This document shows positions 1 through 12,102 of a DNA stretch of 64,000 nt, one piece after another (the first letter of the stretch is position 1; every line of letters begins with the position of its first letter). The stretch comes from Ptychomitrium polyphyllum (Eukaryota), in the NCBI GenBank assembly GCA_973851085.1, contig OZ316775.1, forward strand, positions 10,106,001 to 10,170,000, in the 5' to 3' direction. The notes below the pieces were generated by a model that was not told the origin of the DNA, made no database searches, and was given only the letters and a program-made list of their open reading frames with translations. A program made the translations under genes and the position numbers.

Positions 1-2864
1 AGCCAAACATGATTCTCGATCTCGAGACCCTCCATATTCGGTTTCTGCAAGCATACGACCCATATCCCGCAGCTGAGCGTGCATGGTCACATCTCCATCA
101 TTATTCACTTTCAATAATGATTTGTCCTTGAGATTGTCAAGGGCTTGTTTGGAAATTCTAACATCATCATCCGAAATGCGTTCTAATTCTCCTTCAGATA
201 TCCAGCCAGGGTAAGAATCATCACAAAAGAAGTGAGCAACATCTAAAAACATGTGCTTCTCATTATCATTAAGATCATCAAAGCTAATTTTCAATGTCTT
301 CCAAATTTTCTCATCTCCACTTCCATCATCTCTTGCTCGCATCAGCCGGTGCAAAGTTCGCTCCCATATTCTTAGTCGTTGATTTCCATGCAAGAAAGTG
401 CCCATCACTTCCAAACTCAATGGAAGTCCATCACAAGCACCAACAATCTTCTTAGCCACGTCATCCAAATACAATAAGCAAGACTGCTTTGTTGCAAAGG
501 CATGCATAGAAAATAATTCCATAGATTGGGCTCCATCAAGGGTTACCATATCCACTTTGCCATGCACCGGTACATGTTGTTCCAAGGACCTCCAAGTGCG
601 ACTAGTTGCTATTAGTTTACTACCATCACCATCTTCAAACCTATCAACACCCAATAGGTCATGCAATCCACATTCAGTTCCAACATCATCCACAAGAATG
701 AGAATCTTCTTTGATTTCCGAACACGTGCTAAGATGCCTTGTGCTTCCCTCAAAGAGTATATTTGAGGTTGCTCTTGCAAATCTTTCAACTTATTCTTTA
801 GAATGAGTCTTCATTTCCCATCCTTCAACTCATCTACAAAGCATACTGCTTCAAACTTGTGGGAGATATGGCTACTTAAGGCCTTTGCCAATGTTGACTT
901 GCCAATTCCACCCATCCCAATGATCCCCAAACTACCGACGTTTTGAAGCTTGCCTTCCAATTCAATGAGTTTCTTCTCAAGACCAATCAATTTCCAAGAT
1001 CTGCTTGTTTTGTCAATGACCTACAACATTTCAAAAAGCTCCCACATTTGAGGAACACAACAAGTCACATGAATAATCATATCTTCACACCTTTCATGAT
1101 TCAAGTCGCAAATTATGCTACACCATGGCATCTACTACATTTGTACAATAACTTGAAAGACACACATACCTCATTTGATGGACCAAAGTTTGCTTGGTCA
1201 ACTATCCAAGGGGTGCTGGAATCAAATTCTCCCATTTGCGGCAAAAACCAAAAGCATTGAACAAAGGCAGCAAAGTAGTGCCAAAGGAAGAAGAAACACT
1301 GCCATAAACCACCATGCAAATTTTCTTTGAGGTGTGTCCACCAGTGCTTGGGACCCAACACAAAACCAATCCCGGGTGTATACTCTTCACGCTTAGGGTC
1401 TCTATCTTCCAAACAACCTTGGAGCATTACCTTCTTCAACATTGTCAACTCTGTATAAATCTGAAGAAATGTAGGCCTCGCTGATGATTCTGAAGACCAA
1501 CAATTGCTTATCAACGATCTCAATTCTTGTGAACAAGCATTTGGCAACTCTGGCCTTCTACCATTCTCGATGTTTGTTTGATATGCATGAAAACTGCGAC
1601 CACCACCAAAAGGTTTTGTCCCCGAGACAATCTCACTGCACATCATGCCAAAACTAAACACATCGGCTTTCAAAGCATCAATTTCTTTCAAGGATTTGTC
1701 ACCTGCATTCTTCTTCATAGCCTCCGGTGCCATATATCCAGTAGTACCTATATTTCCTCCTGTGGGCGTTTGCAGAGTGTTCTTCACTTCGCCTTTTGAA
1801 ATACCAAAATCAAGCAACTTCACATGTACATGTGCCATGCCAACCACCTCCGGGACATCCACTGGATTCACAACAACATTCTCAGGCTTCAGGTCTCGAT
1901 GTGCTACCTTCATATCATGCATGTAACACATCCCACTTGCAATTTGTAGCATGATGTCCGTTGCAATTTCTTCTACAAGGGGGCCTCTCACTTCCAACAT
2001 TTTGGATAGAGTCATCTTTCCTCGTTCCATGACAAGTTCAAACCCCTTTCTATCTTCAGAAAAACCACAACAAAAAAGCTTGATGATGTTCGGGTGACTT
2101 AATCCTCCTGAAATGCCAGCTTCTTTGAAAATAGATTTCTTCCATTCATCACATTCACCATGGATCGGAATAACCTTCGTTGCACTTTCCAAACCCAACC
2201 AATCTGTTGCATACACCGCCACATTTCCGCTCCCACCCAATCGAACAGGTGGACTTCCATATTCAGGACGAGGATAACCATCAGGGAAAACAATGATGTC
2301 TAATCCACCCCCCTTGGCCTTTTGAAGGCCCCTTATCCGTCCCATAAGATAATGTGCAAGTTCAACATCTTTACTTACACATGATGGTTGCTTTTCAATA
2401 CAATCAAGCCTCTTATTCAATGACAATAGGTCTTCCTCAACTTCATCAATGTGTGTTGGGAAAAAGGAGGTACGCCTTCTTATCTCAGTGATTTCTTCAC
2501 TTCGACATGCATTATAGCACCGACATATGTCACATATGGTGTCAAAACAACAATCCAAGTCTATGAGAAGCTCTCTGAAAGCTTCTTTATTATTCATTTG
2601 CATCACTGCAGCCTTCAGCCAATCCTTCTTGCAACACTCTTCAATACAGGCTCTCGCTTTAATTACAATTCGAAACAAATCTGCTTTTGCTCCATCAAAC
2701 ACATTCGTACAAGAACCACCAATGATGCTTTGAATTGCTTCGAGACCGCTCAAAAAGTTACTCAACAGATTCCAACACTGCCTTTCATTCAACACCACTC
2801 CTTGTTTCATTAGTGTTTTAACCTCTGTCATAGTCTCCATTGCTGATTGCAAAAAGTCCATCAT
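1..2864 (-). CDS. MLKL-like helical domain + protein kinase + NB-ARC gene (kinase-NLR/PNL type); 3' part outside window; one in-frame stop in the NB-ARC exon
   Basis: Exon 2864-1170: helical N-terminus (VVLNERQC..LFRIVIKARACIEECCKKDW) and kinase (HRDLKPEN, DFG, APE). Phase-0 GT-AG intron 1169-1021. Exon 1020->1 translates to GIIGMGGIGKSTLA (P-loop), TGA at 813-811, ILILVDDV, GSKLIATSR, CDGLPLSL, FLDVAHFF and MHAQLRDMG, with no further stop to the window edge. Confidence 0.9.
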
Positions 2865-4307
2865 TTCATAATACTATGGCAATCTTTGTTCCTTCAGATC
2901 AAGGTCTGCTCGAGTATGAAGTTGGGAAATAGGTGAGATTGCTCAATAATTCCTATAATACCCACAAAACTTCTTTCAGCCGAAAGCTAGCTTTAACCCT
3001 ACACCAAATTGATTTGTACAAACAATCTTAGCAAAAGCCATGCAATATGCAACTAGAATATTATCAACATAGTAACACCCTAGGAACACATTTCTAGTAG
3101 CATACTAAGGATCTATGCCTTTACCAAAACATGGAACATAATGAAAACTTACTAGCATGACAAGCTCATTGACTAATAACCATGGTATACTATTTCCAAT
3201 CATTGTCATCATCGAACTTGAAGTACTTGATCACAAGGCATACGAAAGTAAACATACCTGAAAAACTTTGAAGACCTATTCCAATGCAAGTTCCATGTGG
3301 AATTCCAGTGCCACCAATACAGCTCCTCGTTGGAGTATTCAAAAAGTAAATGTCCATCACAATTATCTACAACGTCTCAAGTTGGTATTGTACACCTATT
3401 GTTCACAAAGCCAAGCTTCATACCTGTCAAAATTAAACCACCATCAATTTATTCAACTAGAATGTAAGACTGTCATACAAACTTCGGGTAGGATTTCAAT
3501 TCTATTCTAAAGTACTTCATAGTCCTAATCAATATCTACAAGTCTTCCATATGTAACACAAAACACACAATATCACTTCAGTTTAATGATAAAGAGACCC
3601 AAACCCATAGTACAAGGAAGATAGTTCAACGAAGCCCAAGGAAGGCCACTGTCAATACTTTCTTAATTTTCAGCAATCACGTAAAATTAATGATTGCTCA
3701 CTTACATATTCCATATATCTTTCTTATTTCGTATTCCTATTCACATACAACATACAACAAAACTTAAAAACCAAGAAGGTCAAAAAAGTATATGCCCTTG
3801 GTCATGTTATCCAATTCCTTCACATTACTTACAAAAGTGTAATGCACATCAATATACTACAACAACCAAAGAACCCTAACCTTAAACATGCAACTTCACA
3901 AATTCCTTATCCTAAATACAGGCTTCATTCGTCACCATTCAAGGACTAACGGTCATTAAGTGTTTAAAATAAGGTGATCCCTACAATGTTCCAAGGTCAT
4001 GAAGCCCATAAGTGATGCAAAATAAATGTATCCAACAATGATATGGAGTCATGACATACTAATTTCTATTACTGAATTATAGCCACATGTATCACTCGAC
4101 AAACAATAACCATATTGCGTAGTATATTTTTGTCTCGACATGAGATTCAACATGCGTCCAGCATTAAAGCTGCGGCACCATTCTAAATCCTAGTATTCGG
4201 TCATCTTATGAGTACGTGCAATAGAGACATCTCCTGTTCTTAAATTTACGTTGTTTTCCAACCACATATGTCATTTAGATAAGCGACTCAAGAACAATGT
4301 AATTGAC

Positions 4308-5212
4308 CTCAAGTCGTCTCTGAAGTTCTTTTTTTTCTTCTTTCTGTCGTTTCAGAAGTGCGGCATCTGTCACGATCTCCCGTAGAATAAGACCAACATT
4401 AGAGTCCGATCGCGCTAAAATACTATAAACTAAAGACAAGTGCAATATCCTGTTCACACGTCGTTTGATTGTCGAAAAGCTTCGATTCATATTACTCTTT
4501 GCATCATAGGACTTACAAACGGGATGTCAACTCACCTCATTCACTTGGGCATCGTTCGTAACACGCTTGGCTCCGCTAGCAAATTGAAAGGAGCCCCTGG
4601 TCTCATCGACGTCAATCTGTGTGGCAATAGTAGGGTATCAGGTCAAAATGTCATGGTAATACAACCTACTAGGCCGTTCACAAGATCTAAGCAGCCGATC
4701 GTATTCACAACTCCTAGAGTTGATTGCATTTCCTTCGACTTTCAGGGTTGGAAATAACTTCGTCAGGATTTATGGTACGAATAATTGCATTTCTTGCATT
4801 CCCTCCCACAGCCGATTGGAGGATTCGAGTAAGCTTACTGTCACGATACGGGATATGAGCTCCGCGTGATAACAGGAATCAATGAGCACATCGCAGATGG
4901 AGGTAGAATCCTCCTGTTCCATTTCAAAGAATTTCTATCCCATTTTGTCATTGGATAATCACGTAATAAACGTAAGCATAGTCGCTACTGTGAAGCTAGT
5001 ATATAATCAATCACCTTCAAACTGTGCAACAGCTATTATGCTTGCAGAGACTACAATAACACGTACCCTTGCTTTCCGCCTTCTTCACTCAGCAAATTTA
5101 CTTCTATTCCAAGAGTCGTGAGACTCTTCTTCACGCAGGCTCCCTCTTTCAAACGAACGACTTCAGTGCCAGCTTCGGAGATCTTCTCAGAGCCTGCCAG
5201 GTCCACAGGATT
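4308..5212 (-). pseudogene. Kinesin-7 (CENP-E-like) motor C-terminal/neck fragment, 4 exons
   Basis: Exons 5212-5067, 4861-4759, 4616-4536, 4376-4308 have matching phases and translate to NPVDLAGSEKISEAGTEVVRLKEGACVKKSLTTLG..., [84 protein letters not shown]. The acceptor before 4861 reads CGG instead of CAG. I found no P-loop exons or downstream stalk exons. Confidence 0.85.
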
Positions 5213-6259
5213 CTGCAACGTTCACTTGTTGATAACCGCATCCAAAAAGCACCATTCGTTACATGATCTCCCAACAAGTACAATCTAAGCCATGACCACT
5301 CCAACCGACAATATCCACTTGCCATCTTCGTGAGGACACCAAGTTAACCCGGTAAATGTTCCACACTGTATACAGTTTCTGTATCATATTGCTTACGAAC
5401 TCTGTGCAGTACAAAGTCGTAAATGGAATCCTCCATGTCTACACACCAACCTAAAACCAATCTGGTTGACGACCTACAGCTCGAAGCTCTATTCAGGTGC
5501 ACCGATACATACAGTACAAACTCTAAATCTTACAGTTTGTCAAGCAACTCCTCACCATCATGTACGCCACAACCGTGAAGTAATTAGACATAATCTAGCT
5601 TCAGAGACTCACCTTATATGGCGATGAGGGTGTAGCATCACCCCTGCTTTGACTACAAAAACAAGTATGATGTAATCGCCACCTCCACGGCTGTTGACTC
5701 GCACGTAGCATCACAGCCGTCGATCTGTCCAGAGCAGAATTTTACGACTGGCACTTCTAACGCTCATCCATAATCAGCACGTCGTTTAGTGCCATCTGCA
5801 ACCGATAACCACAAGCATTGGCCTAGAAACTGAGGCTCATGCGTTATAACAGCTCCAACTTCCAGATCACCGCCTCAGAAACCTAGCAACTTGCTCCACA
5901 TCTACATAAGCTGGTTCCTCATCCGCACACACTACGGCAAGAGCAGCAAGAAATGAAGAGCCACGAATTGCCTTAACCGAGCCTAGACTGCGAACATTTA
6001 CAGGTGACAATAACCCACTACAAATAACCCACAAACGATACTGCTTAGGCTACTACAAATAACCCACAAACGTAGTTGCTTAAGTTGAGACAGCACTATA
6101 GCAGCTCCAACTTCCAGACTCTCATCGCGAAAACCAGCATTTCATATCCAGGAACACGGGCAAACTGCTTATTCAAATCTCCGAAAAACAGCAGCACAAA
6201 CGCAGACCCATTCCACGCCAAGCACAAGAGGGCAAAGCGGACGATGCCAGCAAATCCGG

Positions 6260-6313
6260 TCACGAGAATGTTATATTAGGTTTCCGTGCCGCCAGTCGCC
6301 TCCCTTAGGGTTT
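6260..6313 (-). promoter_or_regulatory. Possible leftward promoter (telo-box plus TATA-like) upstream of the kinesin fragment and kinase-NLR
   Basis: AAACCCTA on the minus strand at 6313-6306, followed by TAATATAAC near 6270 and a GC-richer leader-like tract. Confidence 0.3.
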
Positions 6314-8060
6314 TAATTAGTGATGAACAGAATTAATCCATAATGTCATTTTCATCTTCTCAGGAACTGTATATGCGCCGGCATGTCATTCCCCTTCTTC
6401 ATCTACTTACGCAGGCCACCTCTTCTCCAGATATTATGTTTCTGCTAAAATGGTATAAGAGCGAGTGAGTGAGTCCCAGTGTTTGAGTGTATTCATCATA
6501 GCATTCTCAGAGGCAGAGTCATCAGATACTTAGCAGCGTTCAAGTTAGTATTAGCAGTGATTAGCGGATGACCCAGACAAGAAACAAAGCACACTCGAGC
6601 CAAAACCGAGTGAATTAAGTCACAGAAGAATGCACACTACAATGATGAATGCACCCCTATGATACAACCAGAAAATGAAGTTAGAGAGGATGGAGTTGAT
6701 CAAAGATCAAGACTACGACGGAAGGCTGCAAAATGTTAATAGAGCCTGAGGGAGTAAATTGCCAGTGTAGAGATACTAGGAAGCATTCAAACATTACTAG
6801 AAGAGTGGGATAAACTACAAGCTTGTTCCTTCACATAATTCACTAAAACATGTACAAAATGAATGAACGCAGACAACTTAACATGAAGAGGTGTAACAAC
6901 CTACAACTCAAAGTTGTGTACAAGTACACCGATACATTTAGTATGAACTCAAAATTCTAAAGCCTGTAAGGAAATTCTCCAAGTATGCCACAAAAAGTAC
7001 CAAGATTACCATGAACTTGCGCAATGTCATTTTTGGATTCAATAGAAAGCGGAGGCTCAGAGCCTTGAAGTTAGCTTTGCCATCAGTTAAAGACCAGATT
7101 GGAATGGTCCCTCCTCCATCGTTTCACTTGAACCAGACATGCTTTATAGCTCATACCACTAGCAAGAAGCTCTAGAAAGATGCCCTAACAAGAAATCCTA
7201 GCAAGAAGCTCTAGCTGCAAAACCAGCTATACTCAGGTTTGGATATAAGAGTGAAATATTTTGCAAATACAAGTGTTATGTACATGGCACACTCTCTCAG
7301 CTCTCACTATTTATTCTTGCATGCATCAGGCACAACCAACAAACAAATCCAATCAAAAAAGGAGATGGGAACCAGCAACAAGAAGCGCACTACTATCACT
7401 TGAGCATGCAAAACTTTCACAACTAGACACTTGCAAGCAAATATTTTGCCCAAACTAAAAACTGAAAGTTGATAGACCTGCATTACTTGTAGGGAAACAT
7501 TGACTCGCTCACATAAACCCTCACAATATGTCACAATACAAAAATAATGCAACCGACACAAAGACACATTGTGTAGAAACAATAAGAGGCGAGCACGCAC
7601 CCAAAGAAAGCAAACACACACCACAATAACTCAAAATTGCAAGCATTAACTCTCCAAAGTGTTCCACAACGCAATTGGCATGCCTTCCAAAACCAAATGC
7701 TTTGAAGGCCACAACATTGTAGCTTCCAAATTCAACCGTTCATTTTATAACCCCAATATCAAAAGTCATGGCACTACCTTACTTCAAAGAGATAGACACA
7801 CCAAACCCTTGCGGCATTGAAGAGCTGGTAATTCCAGACACAATTCCATTACCTTTCCAATACGGGTGCCTAGGATGTAGACTGGCTGCCCTCGGTTTGG
7901 GCTTGCACAAAGCATCAAATACTATCTTGGAAAGAATCGTCATACAAAATAAAGAATTGCATGACAATATAGAAAATTTCTAAAATTGCAATCACATAGA
8001 AATCTTATTAAATGAAATATGTCTTTTAATTTTATTCTTCTTGTATTTTACTCCAAGTTA

Positions 8061-10620
8061 CTAGGGCAGCAGTTTTGGTAGCTGATTGTTGCACGGGAAC
8101 CGTTGGAGGAGCTGCCTTTTTAGGAGACGCGGCCTAGCCCAGCTTTCAAGTCCACTGATATGGTGGACCTGGTGGACAATCTGCCTGACATTCGTGCCTT
8201 TGCCAAGAACTATCACCTCGGATTCAGTGTCGCACTGAAAAATGGATACAACTTTAGCCATGGAGGGGCACTTTTTTGCTGCGTTTCGGATGCATAAGAA
8301 GCACAAGTTTATCACTTGTTGCACGTCTCGCACTTTGTCATCAATAGTTAAGTAGATCTAGGGGTCGATCAGCTCCATTAGTATAACTTCCTTGTAAAGA
8401 AGCCAAGTCTGTCAAATGATACAGTCGATTGAGCACAAATATGGACAAGATTAAGCAAGCATTATTCAACTTCTTGCAATTTGGCCTCTAACATTGGCAT
8501 CATACATAATGTGGACTAACAAAATGTGGTATTTTATCTAGAGGTCATGTTAAACTTCATGGTACAGCAACTGTCTAGAATGAGATACCTCAAAACTTGT
8601 GTTCACTATTGACTTTAATAAGTAACAAGCTACGGCTACGTACTAATGAAAATTGCAACGTCACAATTCATAAACATTGCAAATGAAGACGAGAAGAGAT
8701 CACGTTAATACCCATTAGAAGAGATAGATTTGGTCCAGAAGCTTGATATTGTTGATGTTCCATCGACCACAGATGATTTCCAAATACAAAACTCTAAAAT
8801 TGCGTACATCCATTTTGTCACGTACTTGACTGAGCATGGTGTACTCCGGTGCCAAGTACCCCCGCACTCATCCTAAGGATAGTTGTGTCAATACAAACAT
8901 CTCAATTCTCAAGATTAATGCACCGCGCCCCACTCAACCATTTCCAGTAGAGCAGAATGAAATGTGACCATATTCCTTAAACAAGCAAGTGATAAACTTT
9001 CTAAATCAGCAAGTGGAAGGTAAAAAATTACAATCGTTTATTAAGTTCTTTCTTACCTTGGAGTTGGAGTTCCCCAAGCGCCATAGATATAACAACAATC
9101 TGACGAGGTCTACTATTTTGAAGCTGCATCATAAAAACTCACGTATGGAGGTAGGAAGTGCAAAATATAGATGACAATGGTGCTTGCAAGCTTACTTGGT
9201 TCTGGCATCATGTACTGTCATGATGTGGCTCTACTTGTCAGGGAATGGCAGAGCCAGGCCAAAATGTGCGACAGTGGGTTCCAGATTCTTGTCCAGTAAG
9301 ATATTGCTCGACTTGAGGTCCCAATGAATGACTCTCAGATGAATTGGAGAGACACAATGCAATACAAAGAGAGGATTGATTGTAGGTCAAATGAGCTGGG
9401 CATGAGCAGACATACGGCTTAGAAGAATCTGATCGGCATTGAAGTTGTGCACATAAACCAGTAGCCCTTGACCTTCACAAAGATAATACCCTTTGAGGTT
9501 CACAAGGTTTTTGTCCTTTATTTCCGTGATCAAGACAACTTCGTATAAGAACTCATCCATACCTTGTGCATTTTTGGCATACACTTGCTTCACAACCACC
9601 TCTTTTCCACTCAGCAATATGCCTTGCATTTCACTGCGCACATGGAACAGTTGAAAATGGTTGCCTCAGCAGTGGGACATAAGTGTGGCGAGGTACTTAC
9701 TCCGTTCAAATAGAAGCCACAAATACTGCTTGGATCTTATCTTATTCAAAACTATAATTCTTACAACAAATAACAATACCAACACCACCGCACCAAATTA
9801 GTTGTGACCGCAATGACAATTATCTTGCGGTTGCTTGCTTTGATTGCACATGTAGGAATTGGACATCACATTCTTATTATTAAATGATTAGAATTAAGAT
9901 CAAAGATCTTGTGAATTCAAAGTCCTACTTCCGCACATGAATGAAATTATGTTCTCATCAAGATAACCTAAGCATAATGATTTGGACCTCCAAAGTATCT
10001 TGACGGCAGTTTCCTAGAGACATCAAACATATCAAAAGGCAATACTTTGAACAAGCCAAAACTATCTTGGAAAGCCTTCTTGCTTGTGAATACAAGATTT
10101 TGATATTGCTACACGTATACTTAACCAACGGCTATCCATTTACACTTACATGACAACAATTGAAATATTCTGGATAATGTTTATGTCATAAATTACATGC
10201 TCAATGCTATTGTTGCTCAAACTCAGAATCCCTAGCTCCTCTGTTGAATTGGGAACAACAGTTCTATGTCACAGTAAGCCCTCGTTCAACATCTTAAAAA
10301 CATTAAGGATTCCTATGAGTGTGTTGTTGTCTAATTACCTCCCAGATGCCACAGTAAGTCCATCTCAAAACTGACAAGTTATGGCAATTGTATTGTGTGT
10401 ATTAGCATAAATTGTGGGCTAAAGGAAATGGGGCTCGTCAAACTTACAGATCCTAAATAGAGCCAAGGATTGAGGCCGTATTCCAGGATGAGAGATCACC
10501 CACGAGATTATTGTGAGTCAGATTCACGAGAGCAAGTGAACTTCCAGGCATATTGAAAAAATCCCCTAAGTTTGTTGTCCCGATAAATTTTTTTCCGCCC
10601 AATTTTGTGCACAATACTGC
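8061..10620 (-). pseudogene. Decayed LRR receptor-like kinase
   Basis: LRR remnants (LALVNLTHNNLVGDL; LGILSLSNNSI), a frameshifted TM-like stretch at ~9720-9830 and kinase exons: [58 protein letters not shown] (HRD->HWD, DFG->HFG, stop at 9233-9231), GYLAPEY, and CIRNAAKKCPSMAKVV. Several stops. Confidence 0.85.
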
Positions 10621-11575
10621 ATCCATTCAGTGAAATCGTAGTTGTGAAGATCCCTACACAAATTGATTGAATAGTGATCCTAGTACTAACGTAAGAAAAT
10701 CAAAAAAGTGCACAAAAACTTTCATTTATCACCCTACATGTTCTTCAACCAAGTTTATAGTCTTCATTGCAATTCATGTTGGTCCAATAAAGCTCCATTC
10801 TTATGGAATAAATTTGCAAACTTACAATACAATTAGCCATGTGTTCTGCCATAATCAAGATAGTGAAGCAGTGAAGTGACAATCTCTAATCAAATCTCTA
10901 CTCTAGTTAGTTGACACAATTGCTTCAATCAGAGACTTAAAGGTTATTCCGTTATAAATACTTAATGTGGTCCTCTCAAATTCATCTTCAAGGAAGAATT
11001 ATAAGAATCATAATAATTCTGAAATGGACATTGTTAAAAATCTAGGGCAACGGGCATACTTAAAAAATTAGAATGTAGTACCAAGTGCACTTACAAGTAT
11101 AAAGTGACAATAAGCTTCCAATCTCTTTTGACAAAGCATCCCCAATCAATGTTTTAAATAAAGAACTGGCCATCCACATTGCATTTCATATCAAATTCAA
11201 TGTACAGGCACTAAACTTTCCAAAAGAACTAGCAATAGTATCGTACAAAGGTGCTCTTTTTAGTTTAAAAACTACTAAAGTTTCTAAAGAGATGACCAAT
11301 ATACATATATGCAAAAATTGGAAATCAAAACAACTTAATATCAAGTAAGGCGTTGATGCAGCCTAGCTTGTTATGTCATATGAATTTGATGAGGAGTCCA
11401 ATATAATTATATACTACTAAAATATTTGATGTTTTCAAGTGGAAATACAACAATTTTAAACAAAAGAAAGAATAAAGAATTATTAACTGCCAACTATGTG
11501 TACATGCAGCTCGTTGCAATTTGTTTTGTCTACCCAATTAAAACTGCAGTGGAACCCTCACCAAGTGAGCTCCTT

Positions 11576-12102
11576 TGTAGCGTTTGATAATGGAAGCAGA
11601 TGGCAAGCTGGAGCAACTCAACAAGTGAATAATTAACAAGAACTTGATACAAAGACTAGAATAAGGCCGGATATAATATGATCCACAACTTGTATTTGCA
11701 AGACTAAGGAATACCTTGTCTTGCCTCTTATTTATACTATGACGCTTGTTACTCCTACGATATTTTCAAAGAAGCTTCCTACAAGGCTCAAGAATATTCC
11801 AAAAGTCTATAGAATCTTTCCAAGAAGTTTTTCAAGATGTTGGAAGTTTCCTTGGAGTTTCTTAAGGTAGTGGAACTTTCTTAGGAAGTTTCTTAAAGAA
11901 GTTGAACCTTCCTAGGAAATTTCTCGAGGTGATGGAATCTTTCTAGGAAATTTTTTGAGGTGATAGAACTTTCTTAGGAAATTTTCTAAAAACGTAGAAA
12001 CGGCTGTGGAGACATTTGAGAGTATTCTAAGAAGCTACTATTATATACCAAAAGGTTCTAGAATGTTCTAAAGACTATGTTGCATGATCTGTGTTTGTGA
12101 CA
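11576..12102 (-). mobile_element. LTR-like segment (solo or remnant LTR of an LTR retrotransposon)
   Basis: 527 bp with TG...CA ends (minus strand TGTCACA...GCTACA), TATAAATAAGAGG on the minus strand near 11730 and an internal ~31-bp tandem repeat. Flanks (tcctt / accag) do not form a target-site duplication. Confidence 0.55.
11812..11997. repeat. ~31-bp degenerate tandem repeat, about 6 copies, inside the LTR-like segment
   Basis: Units such as gaactttcttaggaagtttcttaaagaagtt / gaaccttcctaggaaatttctcgaggtgatg / gaatctttctaggaaattttttgaggtgata. Confidence 0.8.

Noticed and set aside
398..1260. Plus-strand ORFs 398-766 and 943-1260
   Set aside because: Antisense shadows of the NB-ARC and kinase exons.
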